Assembly: GCA_965238005.1 (NCBI GenBank)
Contig: OZ250165.1
Location: forward strand, 4,288,001 to 4,352,000
Origin: Longimicrobiales bacterium
Lineage (GTDB): Bacteria > Gemmatimonadota > Gemmatimonadetes > Longimicrobiales > Gaopeijiaceae
Direction: 5' to 3'
Length of the DNA stretch: 64,000 bases
Shown: positions 39,854-48,465 of the stretch, piece after piece
Layout of the letters: every line of letters starts with the position of its first letter
How positions within the stretch are numbered: position 1 is the stretch's first letter
Made by a program: the position numbers and the translations under genes
The notes under the pieces: generated by a model
The model's database searches: none
What the model saw: only the letters and a program-made list of their open reading frames with translations
What the model was told of the DNA's origin: nothing

Positions 39854-40214
39854 GTGCGCCGTGCAAAGGTGGCGCGTTCTTGCAGGTGGAAGTCCTGCCG
39901 AGGCAGTTGGCGGTTCAGCCTCGTAGCTACGGGCGGGCGGTCTTCGGGTAACGGGAGGTCGTCAAGCCGCTCGGACAAGAGCCCTCGAAAGGAGGGCCAG
40001 CAAATCTGCGGGCCGAACGCGAGTGAACCCTGAGCAGGCCCCGAAAGAGCAGTCGCGAGAGCCGACCCGACTCTAACGCGGGGAAGGCCGCCGTATCCGG
40101 GACTGGGACAACCGCCGGTTCCGGGTGACTCGCCGGGGTAGTGGGGACGGCACGTAGAGACAGAACGCGTCGCAACACGGGAGGCCCACGGAGGCGAGGG
40201 GGTCGCTGCCCCTC
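39854..40214 (+). mobile_element. Group II intron 5' fragment (domain I to about III; no RT, no domain V/VI)
   Basis: Begins GTGCG. Contains a GCAGGTGGAAGTCCTGC hairpin and GCGAGTGAACCCTGA, GCCGACCCG..GGGGAAGGC, GGGGTAGTGGGGACGGCACG and AACACGGGAGGCCC blocks typical of bacterial group II introns. Confidence 0.82.
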
Positions 40215-40685
40215 AACCGGATTCAGCATCTCGTGGACCGCCGAGCTGAGAAGCTGGAGTACGAGTCGGAGCAGGTAGTTCTGGAGACCGCCCGGCTGGC
40301 CATGAGCATCATCTGCGACGTCAGGGAGATCACCGAGAGCGGCGACGTGGTGGTCTTCCCCTCGGACACGTGGAGTGATCACACGGCGAAGGCGGTGAGC
40401 GAGGTCACAGTCCACAAGACCGAGCACTACGGCAAGGACGGAGGCCTCCGCAGCATCAGCACGCGGACCAACGTGAAGATGCATCCAAAGCAGGCGGCGC
40501 TGGCCCTACTCTCCCAGCAGCTCGGCATCATCGGCAAGGCCGCGAAGCAGCGTCCGGTCTGTTTGGAGGACATGGGCATCTGCATCCTCCCGACCCTCGA
40601 CGAGGAGCCCGACTGGGAGCGCATCGAGGACGGCGACCCACGCTACTCGCTGGTCAGGCCGCCGAGTGACGACGGGGACGAGTGA
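40215..40685 (+). pseudogene. Terminase small subunit-like protein lacking its N-terminal HTH
   Basis: RAEKLEYESEQVVLETARLA..AVSEV..VKMHPKQAALALLSQQLG resembles the TerS (Terminase_2) C-terminal pattern. Confidence 0.6.
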
Positions 40686-40826
40686 TGAATTATCAGGAAG
40701 AGATCATTCCTTCAGATCAGCAAGCCGATAACGGCCTCTGAGCCACGAGGATGGTCCAGCCTACCCCCAGGGATACCGAGTAAATCCCGAAGACGCTCTA
40801 CACGCCTTTACACGCGTCTGACAGGG

Positions 40827-40877
40827 TTCTGCTTGCGCCTACCGGGCCGCTTTCGGATGTTGACCTCGGTCTGATCC
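40827..40877 (+). promoter_or_regulatory. 51-bp conserved leader of kinase genes, copy 2
   Basis: 48/51 identical to 38183..38233. Confidence 0.7.
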
Positions 40878-40897
40878 TCCTATCCACGGACCGCTCG

Positions 40898-43800
40898 ATG
40901 ACTAGCTCCAAGAGGCGTCGCCTTCTCGCCGTGATGTTCACGGATGTGGTGGGCTACACGGCATTGATGCAGCGGGATGAGGAAGCGGCCCGGATCGTCC
41001 GACGACGCCACCGGGAGGTGTTGGAGGCGGCTGTTTCCTCAAACGGTGGTGATCTGCTTCAGTACTTAGGCGATGGAAGCCTCACCACGTTCCCGAGTGT
41101 CGTTGATGCGGTACGCGCCGCGATCGAGGTTCAACGCGGGCTCCGCCAGGAACCCGTCGTCCCGTTGCGGATCGGCATCCATCAGGGTGACATCTCCTAC
41201 GACACCCAGGGCGCTTACGGCGATAGTGTAAACATCGCCTCACGAATCCAGTCACTGGGGCCAGCCGGCAGCATCTTGGTCTCTGCGAAGGCTCATGACG
41301 AGGTCAAGAATCAGCCTGACATCACTACGACCCCTCTCGGTGAGTTCGAGCTAAAGAATGTCGAAGAATCGTTGCAGGTTTACGGGATTGTGGCAGACGT
41401 GCTCACGGTCCCGACTCGCAGTGAGGTTCTTACAAAGATTCGAAGTGCGCCTGACGCTGCGTTGAACATCACAATCCGCCTGAACACGGCTCTCGAGGGC
41501 CGCTACCGCGTAGGGCGTGAGCTTGGCCAGGGCGGCATGGCTACGGTTTACTTGGCCGAGGACCTGAGGCACGAGCGGAAAGTCGCCCTCAAGGTTCTCA
41601 AGCCTCAAGTCGCAGCAGTCGTGGGTGCCGAACGCTTCCTGGCCGAGATCAAGACCACAGCGAATCTCCAGCATCCGCACATCCTGCCGCTGTTCGACTC
41701 CGGCGTGGCCGACGGGTTCTTTTTTTATGTGATGCCCTACGTGGAGGGGGAGAGTCTGCGGGGTAGGCTGGACCGTGACCATCAGCTTCCGGTCGACGAG
41801 GCCGTCCGCATCGCCACGTACATGGCCGAGGCGCTCGACTACGCTCACCGCCGCGGAGTGATCCACCGCGACATCAAGCCGGGGAATGTCCTGATCCATG
41901 ATGGGCAGCCGGTGATCTCTGACTTCGGCATCGCCCTCGCGGTTGGGGCTGCCGGAGGGGATCGGCTTACCCAAACAGGCCTCAGTATGGGAACGCCGTG
42001 CTACATGTCGCCTGAGCAGGCGACCGGCGAACAGACGGTGGGGCCGGCCACAGACACCTACGCGCTCGGGTGTGTCCTGTACGAAATGCTAGTCGGTGAA
42101 CCGCCGTACACGGGCAGAACAGCGCAGGTGATCCTCGGCAAGAGCATCGCGGGGGAACCCGTGTCGGCTACCGAGCACCGTCCATCGGTCCCGGCAAATG
42201 TGGACGCGGCGATCAGAAACGCTCTAGAGAAGCTGCCAGCGGATCGCTTCACGGGCGCTCAGGACTTCGCTAAGGCGCTGGAGGATGAGCACTTCCGGTA
42301 TGGGGAACTGGTAACGGAAGGTGCAAGCGCCGCCGCGGGTCCATGGAAGGGATTGTCAATCGCCTTGGCGGCTGCCTTGGCCGCGACGCTCGGATGGTCG
42401 CTACTCAGCCCCGAACCACCCGCGCCGCTCGCCCGATTCTCGTCACCTTTCGAGGAGGGACAGTTTCCGGCTCCGGCTTCGTTTACGATGGAGTTCATGG
42501 CGGACGGCTCCGCGTTGGTGTACGTGGGACCGGATGCGTCAGGCGGGGGCACGCAGTTGTGGCTACGGCGTTGGGCCGACCTCGATGCAACACCCATTCA
42601 GGGAACAGAAGGTGCGATCGACGTCGCGCTGTCGCCCGACGGGCGAGAGGTGGCATTTGTGGCCCAGCGTGCGTTGCGTGTGGCCCCACTCGACGGTGGC
42701 CCGAGCCGGGCGCTGGTCGAGCTGGACGGCGGGGTCTCGGAGTGGACTTCGGACGGGACTGTGTACTTCACTGAACCCCCCGCCTCACTCGGACTCGCCC
42801 GCATTCCAGCCACAGGCGGAGGTAGCGAGGCAGTCGAGAGCATTACCGAGTTGCTAGAAGGCGAAGCCTACCACGGCTTTCTCAGCGTGCTTCCGGGGGG
42901 AATCATGGGGGTGTTCCAGGTAATGCACTCCCTGACTGGAGAGGACGCTGAGGTCTGGGCCATAGACCTGGACACCCGCGAGAGAAGGTTCCTCACGGCG
43001 GGCACCACACCGCGCTACGCTTCGACGGGGCACTTGCTGTTCGTAACGCCGGACGGTGTCCTCATGGCGCAGCCTATGGACCCAGCCACGGCAGAGCTTA
43101 CTGGCCCGGCCGTCCCGGTGGTAGAGGGTCTCGCGATCAACATCGGCCTTGCAGCCTATGCGGTGTCGGAGAGCGGGACGCTGATCTATTCGGCCGGGGG
43201 CCTGGCTGCGGTTGAGGGGATCTTCGAGCCAGTATGGGTGACGCGCTCAGGCGAGGCGGCACCTGTCGATCCTGGCTGGCGGTTCAACGCCATGGAGGGC
43301 TTCGGATTGAGGCTTTCGTCGGACGGCGCACGGGTGGCTATCACACAGAGGGTTGATGGAAACGAGGATGTCTGGATCAAGCAGCTTCCTGACGGACCGC
43401 TTGAGCGGCTCACATCAGATGACCTGGTCGACGCCTCCCCTTTCTGGAGTCCGAACGGTCAGTTCGTCGCCTACAGTAGGGGGGTACTGAACGGCGACAT
43501 CTGGCAAAGGCGTGCCGACGGGACGGGGTCGCCGCAGCTGGTACTCGACGACGAGCGAAGCCTGTATCAGGGCCGCTGGAGCCCCGACGGCGAGTGGATC
43601 GTATTCCGCACAATTACAGGACCCACACCGTCGTCCGACGACGACATCGTTGGCTTCCGGCCAGGCGTGGACAGCGCCGCGATACCGTTGGTTGCGAGCC
43701 CAGAGTTCTCCGAACAATCCCCGGCCCTATCCCCGAATGGGCGCTGGCTCGCGTACACTTCCGACCGGACAGGTCGGAGGGAAGTCTACGTCACGCCCTT

Positions 43801-44146
43801 CCCTGACGTCGATTCAGACCCAGTGTCAGTCTCGCGGGCCGGGGGACAAGCCCCCCTGTGGGCGCACAGCGGCAGCGAGTTGTTCTTCGTCGATGCCCAG
43901 GGAGGGCTCATTGCGGCTGGGGTAGAGGCGGATTCGGTGTTCCGCATCCTTCAGAGAGAGACGCTTTTCACCATCGGGTCGGAATACCTCCTTCTGGAGG
44001 GTATGGATTTCCACGACATCCGGCCCGACGACGAACAGTTCCTGATGGTACGTGCGGCGGTAGTCAGCGCTGAATCCAGTGGCGATACCCGGTTCATACT
44101 GGTCGAAAACTGGTTCACTGAGCTTCGCGAGCGGATGGGTAATTGA
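40898..44146 (+). CDS. Class III cyclase - Ser/Thr kinase - TM - PD40 beta-propeller fusion
   Basis: FTDVVGYT, YLGDG, GDSVNIASRIQ; GQGGMATV, VALK, HRDIKPGN, DFG, YMSPE; TM; multiple SPDG/SPNG repeats. Confidence 0.93.
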   Translation: MTSSKRRRLLAVMFTDVVGYTALMQRDEEAARIVRRRHREVLEAAVSSNGGDLLQYLGDGSLTTFPSVVDAVRAAIEVQRGLRQEPVVPLRIGIHQGDISYDTQGAYGDSVNIASRIQSLGPAGSILVSAKAHDEVKNQPDITTTPLGEFELKNVEESLQVYGIVADVLTVPTRSEVLTKIRSAPDAALNITIRLNTALEGRYRVGRELGQGGMATVYLAEDLRHERKVALKVLKPQVAAVVGAERFLAEIKTTANLQHPHILPLFDSGVADGFFFYVMPYVEGESLRGRLDRDHQLPVDEAVRIATYMAEALDYAHRRGVIHRDIKPGNVLIHDGQPVISDFGIALAVGAAGGDRLTQTGLSMGTPCYMSPEQATGEQTVGPATDTYALGCVLYEMLVGEPPYTGRTAQVILGKSIAGEPVSATEHRPSVPANVDAAIRNALEKLPADRFTGAQDFAKALEDEHFRYGELVTEGASAAAGPWKGLSIALAAALAATLGWSLLSPEPPAPLARFSSPFEEGQFPAPASFTMEFMADGSALVYVGPDASGGGTQLWLRRWADLDATPIQGTEGAIDVALSPDGREVAFVAQRALRVAPLDGGPSRALVELDGGVSEWTSDGTVYFTEPPASLGLARIPATGGGSEAVESITELLEGEAYHGFLSVLPGGIMGVFQVMHSLTGEDAEVWAIDLDTRERRFLTAGTTPRYASTGHLLFVTPDGVLMAQPMDPATAELTGPAVPVVEGLAINIGLAAYAVSESGTLIYSAGGLAAVEGIFEPVWVTRSGEAAPVDPGWRFNAMEGFGLRLSSDGARVAITQRVDGNEDVWIKQLPDGPLERLTSDDLVDASPFWSPNGQFVAYSRGVLNGDIWQRRADGTGSPQLVLDDERSLYQGRWSPDGEWIVFRTITGPTPSSDDDIVGFRPGVDSAAIPLVASPEFSEQSPALSPNGRWLAYTSDRTGRREVYVTPFPDVDSDPVSVSRAGGQAPLWAHSGSELFFVDAQGGLIAAGVEADSVFRILQRETLFTIGSEYLLLEGMDFHDIRPDDEQFLMVRAAVVSAESSGDTRFILVENWFTELRERMGN

Positions 44147-44198
44147 CCCGTCAGATCCCCTGTTCGCGTCTTCGTGGAAGGCGTGGTGATCGTCGGCA
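44143..44198 (+). pseudogene. Stub of a coupled downstream membrane-protein gene
   Basis: TTGA overlap, then TRQIP / RVFVEGVVIVG across a frameshift, cut off shortly before the att unit. Confidence 0.4.
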
Positions 44199-44250
44199 AC
44201 CTGCGGCCAGATACTCAGGGTTCCCCTCCCATCCACTGAGTCCTCGCCAG

Positions 44251-44544
44251 GCAACCCGAGTTTTTGGGGTCCCGCTTGGGGTCCCATAGGCCTCTTTTCG
44301 CCCCTCAGCTCACCGACACCAAAAAGCCGGAAGCCCGGGTAACTCCTGGACTCCCGGCCAGTGCCTCGCCAGGGACTCGAACCCCGAACCTACTGATTAA
44401 GAGTTCGACCGGAACATATACGCAGAGTGCCCGTGAGGTAGTCTAAGTTGTGGCGAAGTCTTGGGGCTAGGGGGTCGATTGTCCTCTCGAGGGTTCCCGA
44501 GATTCGACCCGTTTCGGGGAGTTTGGGGTCCCGGTTGGCGTCCC
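44251..44544 (-). mobile_element. Complete attP-like unit, copy 2 (tRNA-Lys(CTT) 3' half at 44361..44404)
   Basis: Same order and length (294 bp) as 31255..31548, with arms TGGGGTCCC x2 on the left and TGGGGTCCC/TGGCGTCCC on the right. Confidence 0.82.
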
Positions 44545-44823
44545 GATGCACCCATCCGTCCTCCGAGACGGACCGTGGGACAGTACCTCCCAAGGAGCTG
44601 ATTCCACCGTCGCGTGCACATGGCGGGACGAGCATCTTTAGGTGCTCAAATCCCGGTCGTCATATGCACAAGGCTGAAAAGGCGCAGCCAGAGAGCCGCA
44701 CCCTCCTACCCACTGTGACTCCCTTCACTCCTTGTCTCTTGCCATGCCCCAACCTACAATGCCATCAGCCTCGGACGCCCGTTGAATCTCCTTCCCCCTC
44801 CCCCACCCAGCGGGGCCCGCCCC

Positions 44824-46509
44824 ATGACCCACCGTCCTTCGTTCCGGCACGCACTCCCGCTCCTGGTGACGGGGGCCGTCCTCCTCGGGCTTGCGGCGGA
44901 TGCGGGCGGCCAGACGCCGCAGGCCGTCCTGCCCGCCCCGCCGCGCGCGGAAGGCGAGGGGCCGTTCGACCGCCTGATCATCCGGGGCGGGACCCTGATC
45001 GACGGGACGGGCGCGCCGCCCCGGGGGCCGGTGGACATCGTCATCGAGGGGAACCGGATTGTCGAAGTCGTGGGCGTCGGTACCCCCGGCCGGCCCATCG
45101 ACCCGGACCGGCGGCCGGGCGGCGCCACGCGGGAGATCGACGCCCACGGCGCCTGGGTGCTTCCGGGTTTCGTCGACGTGCACGTCCACATCGCCGACGT
45201 GAACGCCGGAGGCGACCCGTCGCAAAGCGAGATCCTCAAGGTCCCGGAGGCCGAATACAACTACAAGCTCTGGCTCGGCCACGGCATCACCACGGTCCGC
45301 GGGGTTCCCTTCGGCGAGATGGACTGGTCCCTGAACGAACGGGACCGCAGCGCCCGGAACGAGATCACCGCGCCCCGCTTGGTCTCGTACCACGTACCCG
45401 GCAGCGGCCGGGAATGGGGCGGGCGGCAGATCCTCACGCCCGAGGATGCCCGGGAGTGGGTGCGGTGGGCGGCGGAGAAGGGGATCGACGGCCTCAAGCT
45501 GGATGCCTACCGGCCCGAGATCATGCAGGCGCTGCTAGACGAGGCCGGCCGCCACAGGCTCGGCTCGTCGGCCCACCTCAGGCAGACGGGTGTCGCCCGG
45601 ATGAACGCCCTGGACGCCACCCGTCTCGGCCTCGGCACCGTCACCCATTTCTACGGGATCTTCGAGGCGCTCTACGACGATCACGACGTGCAGCCGTGGC
45701 CGCCGGAGATGAATTACAGTGACGAGCAGCTCCGGTTCGGCCAGGTGGCCCGCCAGTGGAACCTGATCGGTCCCCAGGGCTCGGAGGCGTGGAACGCCCT
45801 CATCGACGAGTTCCTGGAGCTGGACGTGATCCTCGATCCCACGATGACCGCGTACGTGGCGACGCGGGACGTGATGGCGGCCCGCCGGGCGGACTGGCAC
45901 GCGGAGTACACGCTTCCCTCCCTGTGGGACTTCTATGTCCCCAACCCCACCAGCCACGGCTCCTACTTCGCAGACTGGACCACATGGGACGAGGTGGCGT
46001 GGAAGCGGTTCTACCGGACGTGGATGGCCTTCCTCGACGACTACAAGGACGCCGGCGGCCGGGTGACGGTCAGCTCGGACGCCGGCTTCACGTACAACCT
46101 CATGGGCTTCTCGACCATCGAGGAGATGGAGCTCCTGCAGGAAGCCGGATTCCATCCCTTGGAGGTGATCCGGGGGGCCACGCTCCAGGGCGCTGAGGCC
46201 CTCTTCGAGCCCCGGGGCGAGCCCATCCGGTTCGGCGTGGTCCGGCCGCGACTCCTGGCGGATCTGGTGATCGTGGGCGAGAACCCGATCCAGAACCTGA
46301 AGGTCCTTTACGGCACTGGACACGTGCGCCTGGACGACGAGACCGGCAGCCCGGAGCGGGTCGGCGGCGTGACGTACACAATCAAGGACGGGATCGTCTA
46401 CGACGCGAAGGAGCTCCTGGCCGACGTGCGCCGCATGGTCGAGGAGCAGAAGCAGGAGCGCGGGATCACGTCGCTCCCTGGCCCCGAAGCCCGACCCCAC
46501 ATGAGGTAG
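44824..46509 (+). CDS. Secreted metal-dependent amidohydrolase, paralog 1
   Basis: Signal peptide, IDGTGAPP, PGFVDVHVH, GLKL, SAHL, THFY, SSDAG and ADLVIV..NP. Confidence 0.92.
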   Translation: MTHRPSFRHALPLLVTGAVLLGLAADAGGQTPQAVLPAPPRAEGEGPFDRLIIRGGTLIDGTGAPPRGPVDIVIEGNRIVEVVGVGTPGRPIDPDRRPGGATREIDAHGAWVLPGFVDVHVHIADVNAGGDPSQSEILKVPEAEYNYKLWLGHGITTVRGVPFGEMDWSLNERDRSARNEITAPRLVSYHVPGSGREWGGRQILTPEDAREWVRWAAEKGIDGLKLDAYRPEIMQALLDEAGRHRLGSSAHLRQTGVARMNALDATRLGLGTVTHFYGIFEALYDDHDVQPWPPEMNYSDEQLRFGQVARQWNLIGPQGSEAWNALIDEFLELDVILDPTMTAYVATRDVMAARRADWHAEYTLPSLWDFYVPNPTSHGSYFADWTTWDEVAWKRFYRTWMAFLDDYKDAGGRVTVSSDAGFTYNLMGFSTIEEMELLQEAGFHPLEVIRGATLQGAEALFEPRGEPIRFGVVRPRLLADLVIVGENPIQNLKVLYGTGHVRLDDETGSPERVGGVTYTIKDGIVYDAKELLADVRRMVEEQKQERGITSLPGPEARPHMR

Positions 46510-46515
46510 CGCACC

Positions 46516-48132
46516 ATGGTCAAGGATCTCTCCTCCCTCCGACGGCTGGTCCCACTCCTGATGGTGGGCGCGCTCCCCGTTTCTTCGCCGGCCGACGCCA
46601 CCGCCCAGGTCCCGGACTTCATCACGCCAGCACCCTCCCGGCAGGAGGGCGATGGGCCCTTCGATCGCCTCATCATCCGGGGCGCCACCGTCATCGACGG
46701 AACCGGCGCTCCGCCGCGGGGCCCCATGGACATCGTCATCGAGGGCGATCGGATCGTGGACATGGTGCAGGTGGGGGCCCCCCGCGTGCCCATCGAGGAG
46801 AGCCGCCGGCCCGGGGGCGCCACGCGGGAGATCGACGCCCACGGCGCCTACGTGCTGCCGGGCTTCATCGACCTCCACGTCCACACAGGCGCTCCGGGGA
46901 AGACGCCCGAGGCCGAGTACATCTACAAGCTCTGGCTCGGCCACGGTATCACCACCGTGCGGGGTGTCGCCTTGGCCGACGGCACGCTCTTCTGGGGGCT
47001 CCGAGAGAAGGAGCGGAGCGCCCGCAACGAGATCACCGCGCCCCGGATGTTCGCGTGCATCAAGAATCCGGACCGGGTGCCCGGCTGGGACGATCCCCAC
47101 CTCCTGACACCGGAGGCGGGACGAGCGTGGGTTCGCTTCGCCGCCGAGAGCGGCGCGGACTGCCTCAAGCTGGGACGCTACTCCGAGGGGATGATGGACC
47201 CTCCCGTCATGAGGGCGATCCTGGACGAAGCCCGGAATCTCGGCCTGGGCACGACTGCCCACCTCCACCAGACCGGCGTGGGACAGATGAACGCCTTGGA
47301 CATGGCCCGGGCCGGCCTCGGCACCCTCACCCACTATTACGGCCTGTTCGAGTCCCTGTACCGGGACGACGACATCCAACCCTTCCCGGTGGACTACAAC
47401 TACGCGGACGAGCAACACCGCTTCGGTCAGGTCGCCCGCCAGTGGAACATGATCCACCCCCAGGGATCGACGGAGTGGAACGACCTCATCGACGAGTTCC
47501 TGGAGCTGGACTTGATCCTCGACCCGACCATGACGGCGTACGTGGCCAGCCGGGACGTGACTCGGGCCCGCAACGCCGACTGGCACGACGAATACACGCT
47601 CCCGTCGCTCTGGGACTACTACCAGCCGAGCCGGGAGAACCACGGGTCGTACTACTATGACTGGACCACGTGGGACGAGGTGGCGTGGAGGAACTTCTAC
47701 CGGGTGTGGATGGACTTCCTGGACGACTACAAGGACGCGGGCGGGCGGGTGACGGTGAGTTCGGACGCGGGCTTCATCTACAACCTCTTCGGCTTCTCGA
47801 CCATCGAGGAGATGGAGCTCCTCCAGGAGGCAGGCTTCCACCCCCTGGAGGTCATCCGGGGCGCCACCATGCACGCGGCCGAGGCCCTCTTCGAGCCCCG
47901 GGGCGAGCCCATCCAGTTCGGCGTGGTGCGGACGGGGCTCCTGGCGGACCTGGTGATCGTGGAGGAGAACCCCATCCAGAACCTGAAAGTGCTCTACGGA
48001 ACGGGGGCCCTCCGCCTGAACGATGAGACGGGCCGCGTCGAGCGCGTGGGTGGCGTGAAGTACACGATCAAGGATGGCATCGTGTACGACGCGAAGGAGC
48101 TCCTCGCCGACGTGCGCCGTATGTCGAGGTGA
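46516..48132 (+). CDS. Secreted amidohydrolase, paralog 2 (short C-terminal tail lost)
   Basis: PGFIDLHVH and the other motifs. Ends LADVRRMSR* where paralog 1 reads LADVRRMVEEQK. Confidence 0.92.
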   Translation: MVKDLSSLRRLVPLLMVGALPVSSPADATAQVPDFITPAPSRQEGDGPFDRLIIRGATVIDGTGAPPRGPMDIVIEGDRIVDMVQVGAPRVPIEESRRPGGATREIDAHGAYVLPGFIDLHVHTGAPGKTPEAEYIYKLWLGHGITTVRGVALADGTLFWGLREKERSARNEITAPRMFACIKNPDRVPGWDDPHLLTPEAGRAWVRFAAESGADCLKLGRYSEGMMDPPVMRAILDEARNLGLGTTAHLHQTGVGQMNALDMARAGLGTLTHYYGLFESLYRDDDIQPFPVDYNYADEQHRFGQVARQWNMIHPQGSTEWNDLIDEFLELDLILDPTMTAYVASRDVTRARNADWHDEYTLPSLWDYYQPSRENHGSYYYDWTTWDEVAWRNFYRVWMDFLDDYKDAGGRVTVSSDAGFIYNLFGFSTIEEMELLQEAGFHPLEVIRGATMHAAEALFEPRGEPIQFGVVRTGLLADLVIVEENPIQNLKVLYGTGALRLNDETGRVERVGGVKYTIKDGIVYDAKELLADVRRMSR

Positions 48133-48465
48133 GCTTCGACCGACAGCGTCCTCAACCCTGTACGAGAACGCCCGGGTGGTCGCAGAGTCCAAGTGTGACG
48201 CTCCAGCCGCGAACGCGGTCACGGTTCGCTTCGGGGTCGAATCGGGAGTCCTCGGATCGTCCCGTTGAAGGCGGATTGCCGGGGGGGGGATTCGCCGAAT
48301 ACGCGAACCGAGGGAGCGGTTGTCCGACTCCCTTGCGGCGCCTTGTGGCCTCCCCGTATTGTCGCGACCACAGGGCTCTTCCCAAGGGGGGTGGACCCCA
48401 ACGCTTGCCCGGCTGCACCCTGTCCGCACCGGGCACGGCAACCCCAACCGCGAGGATCGAGCGAC

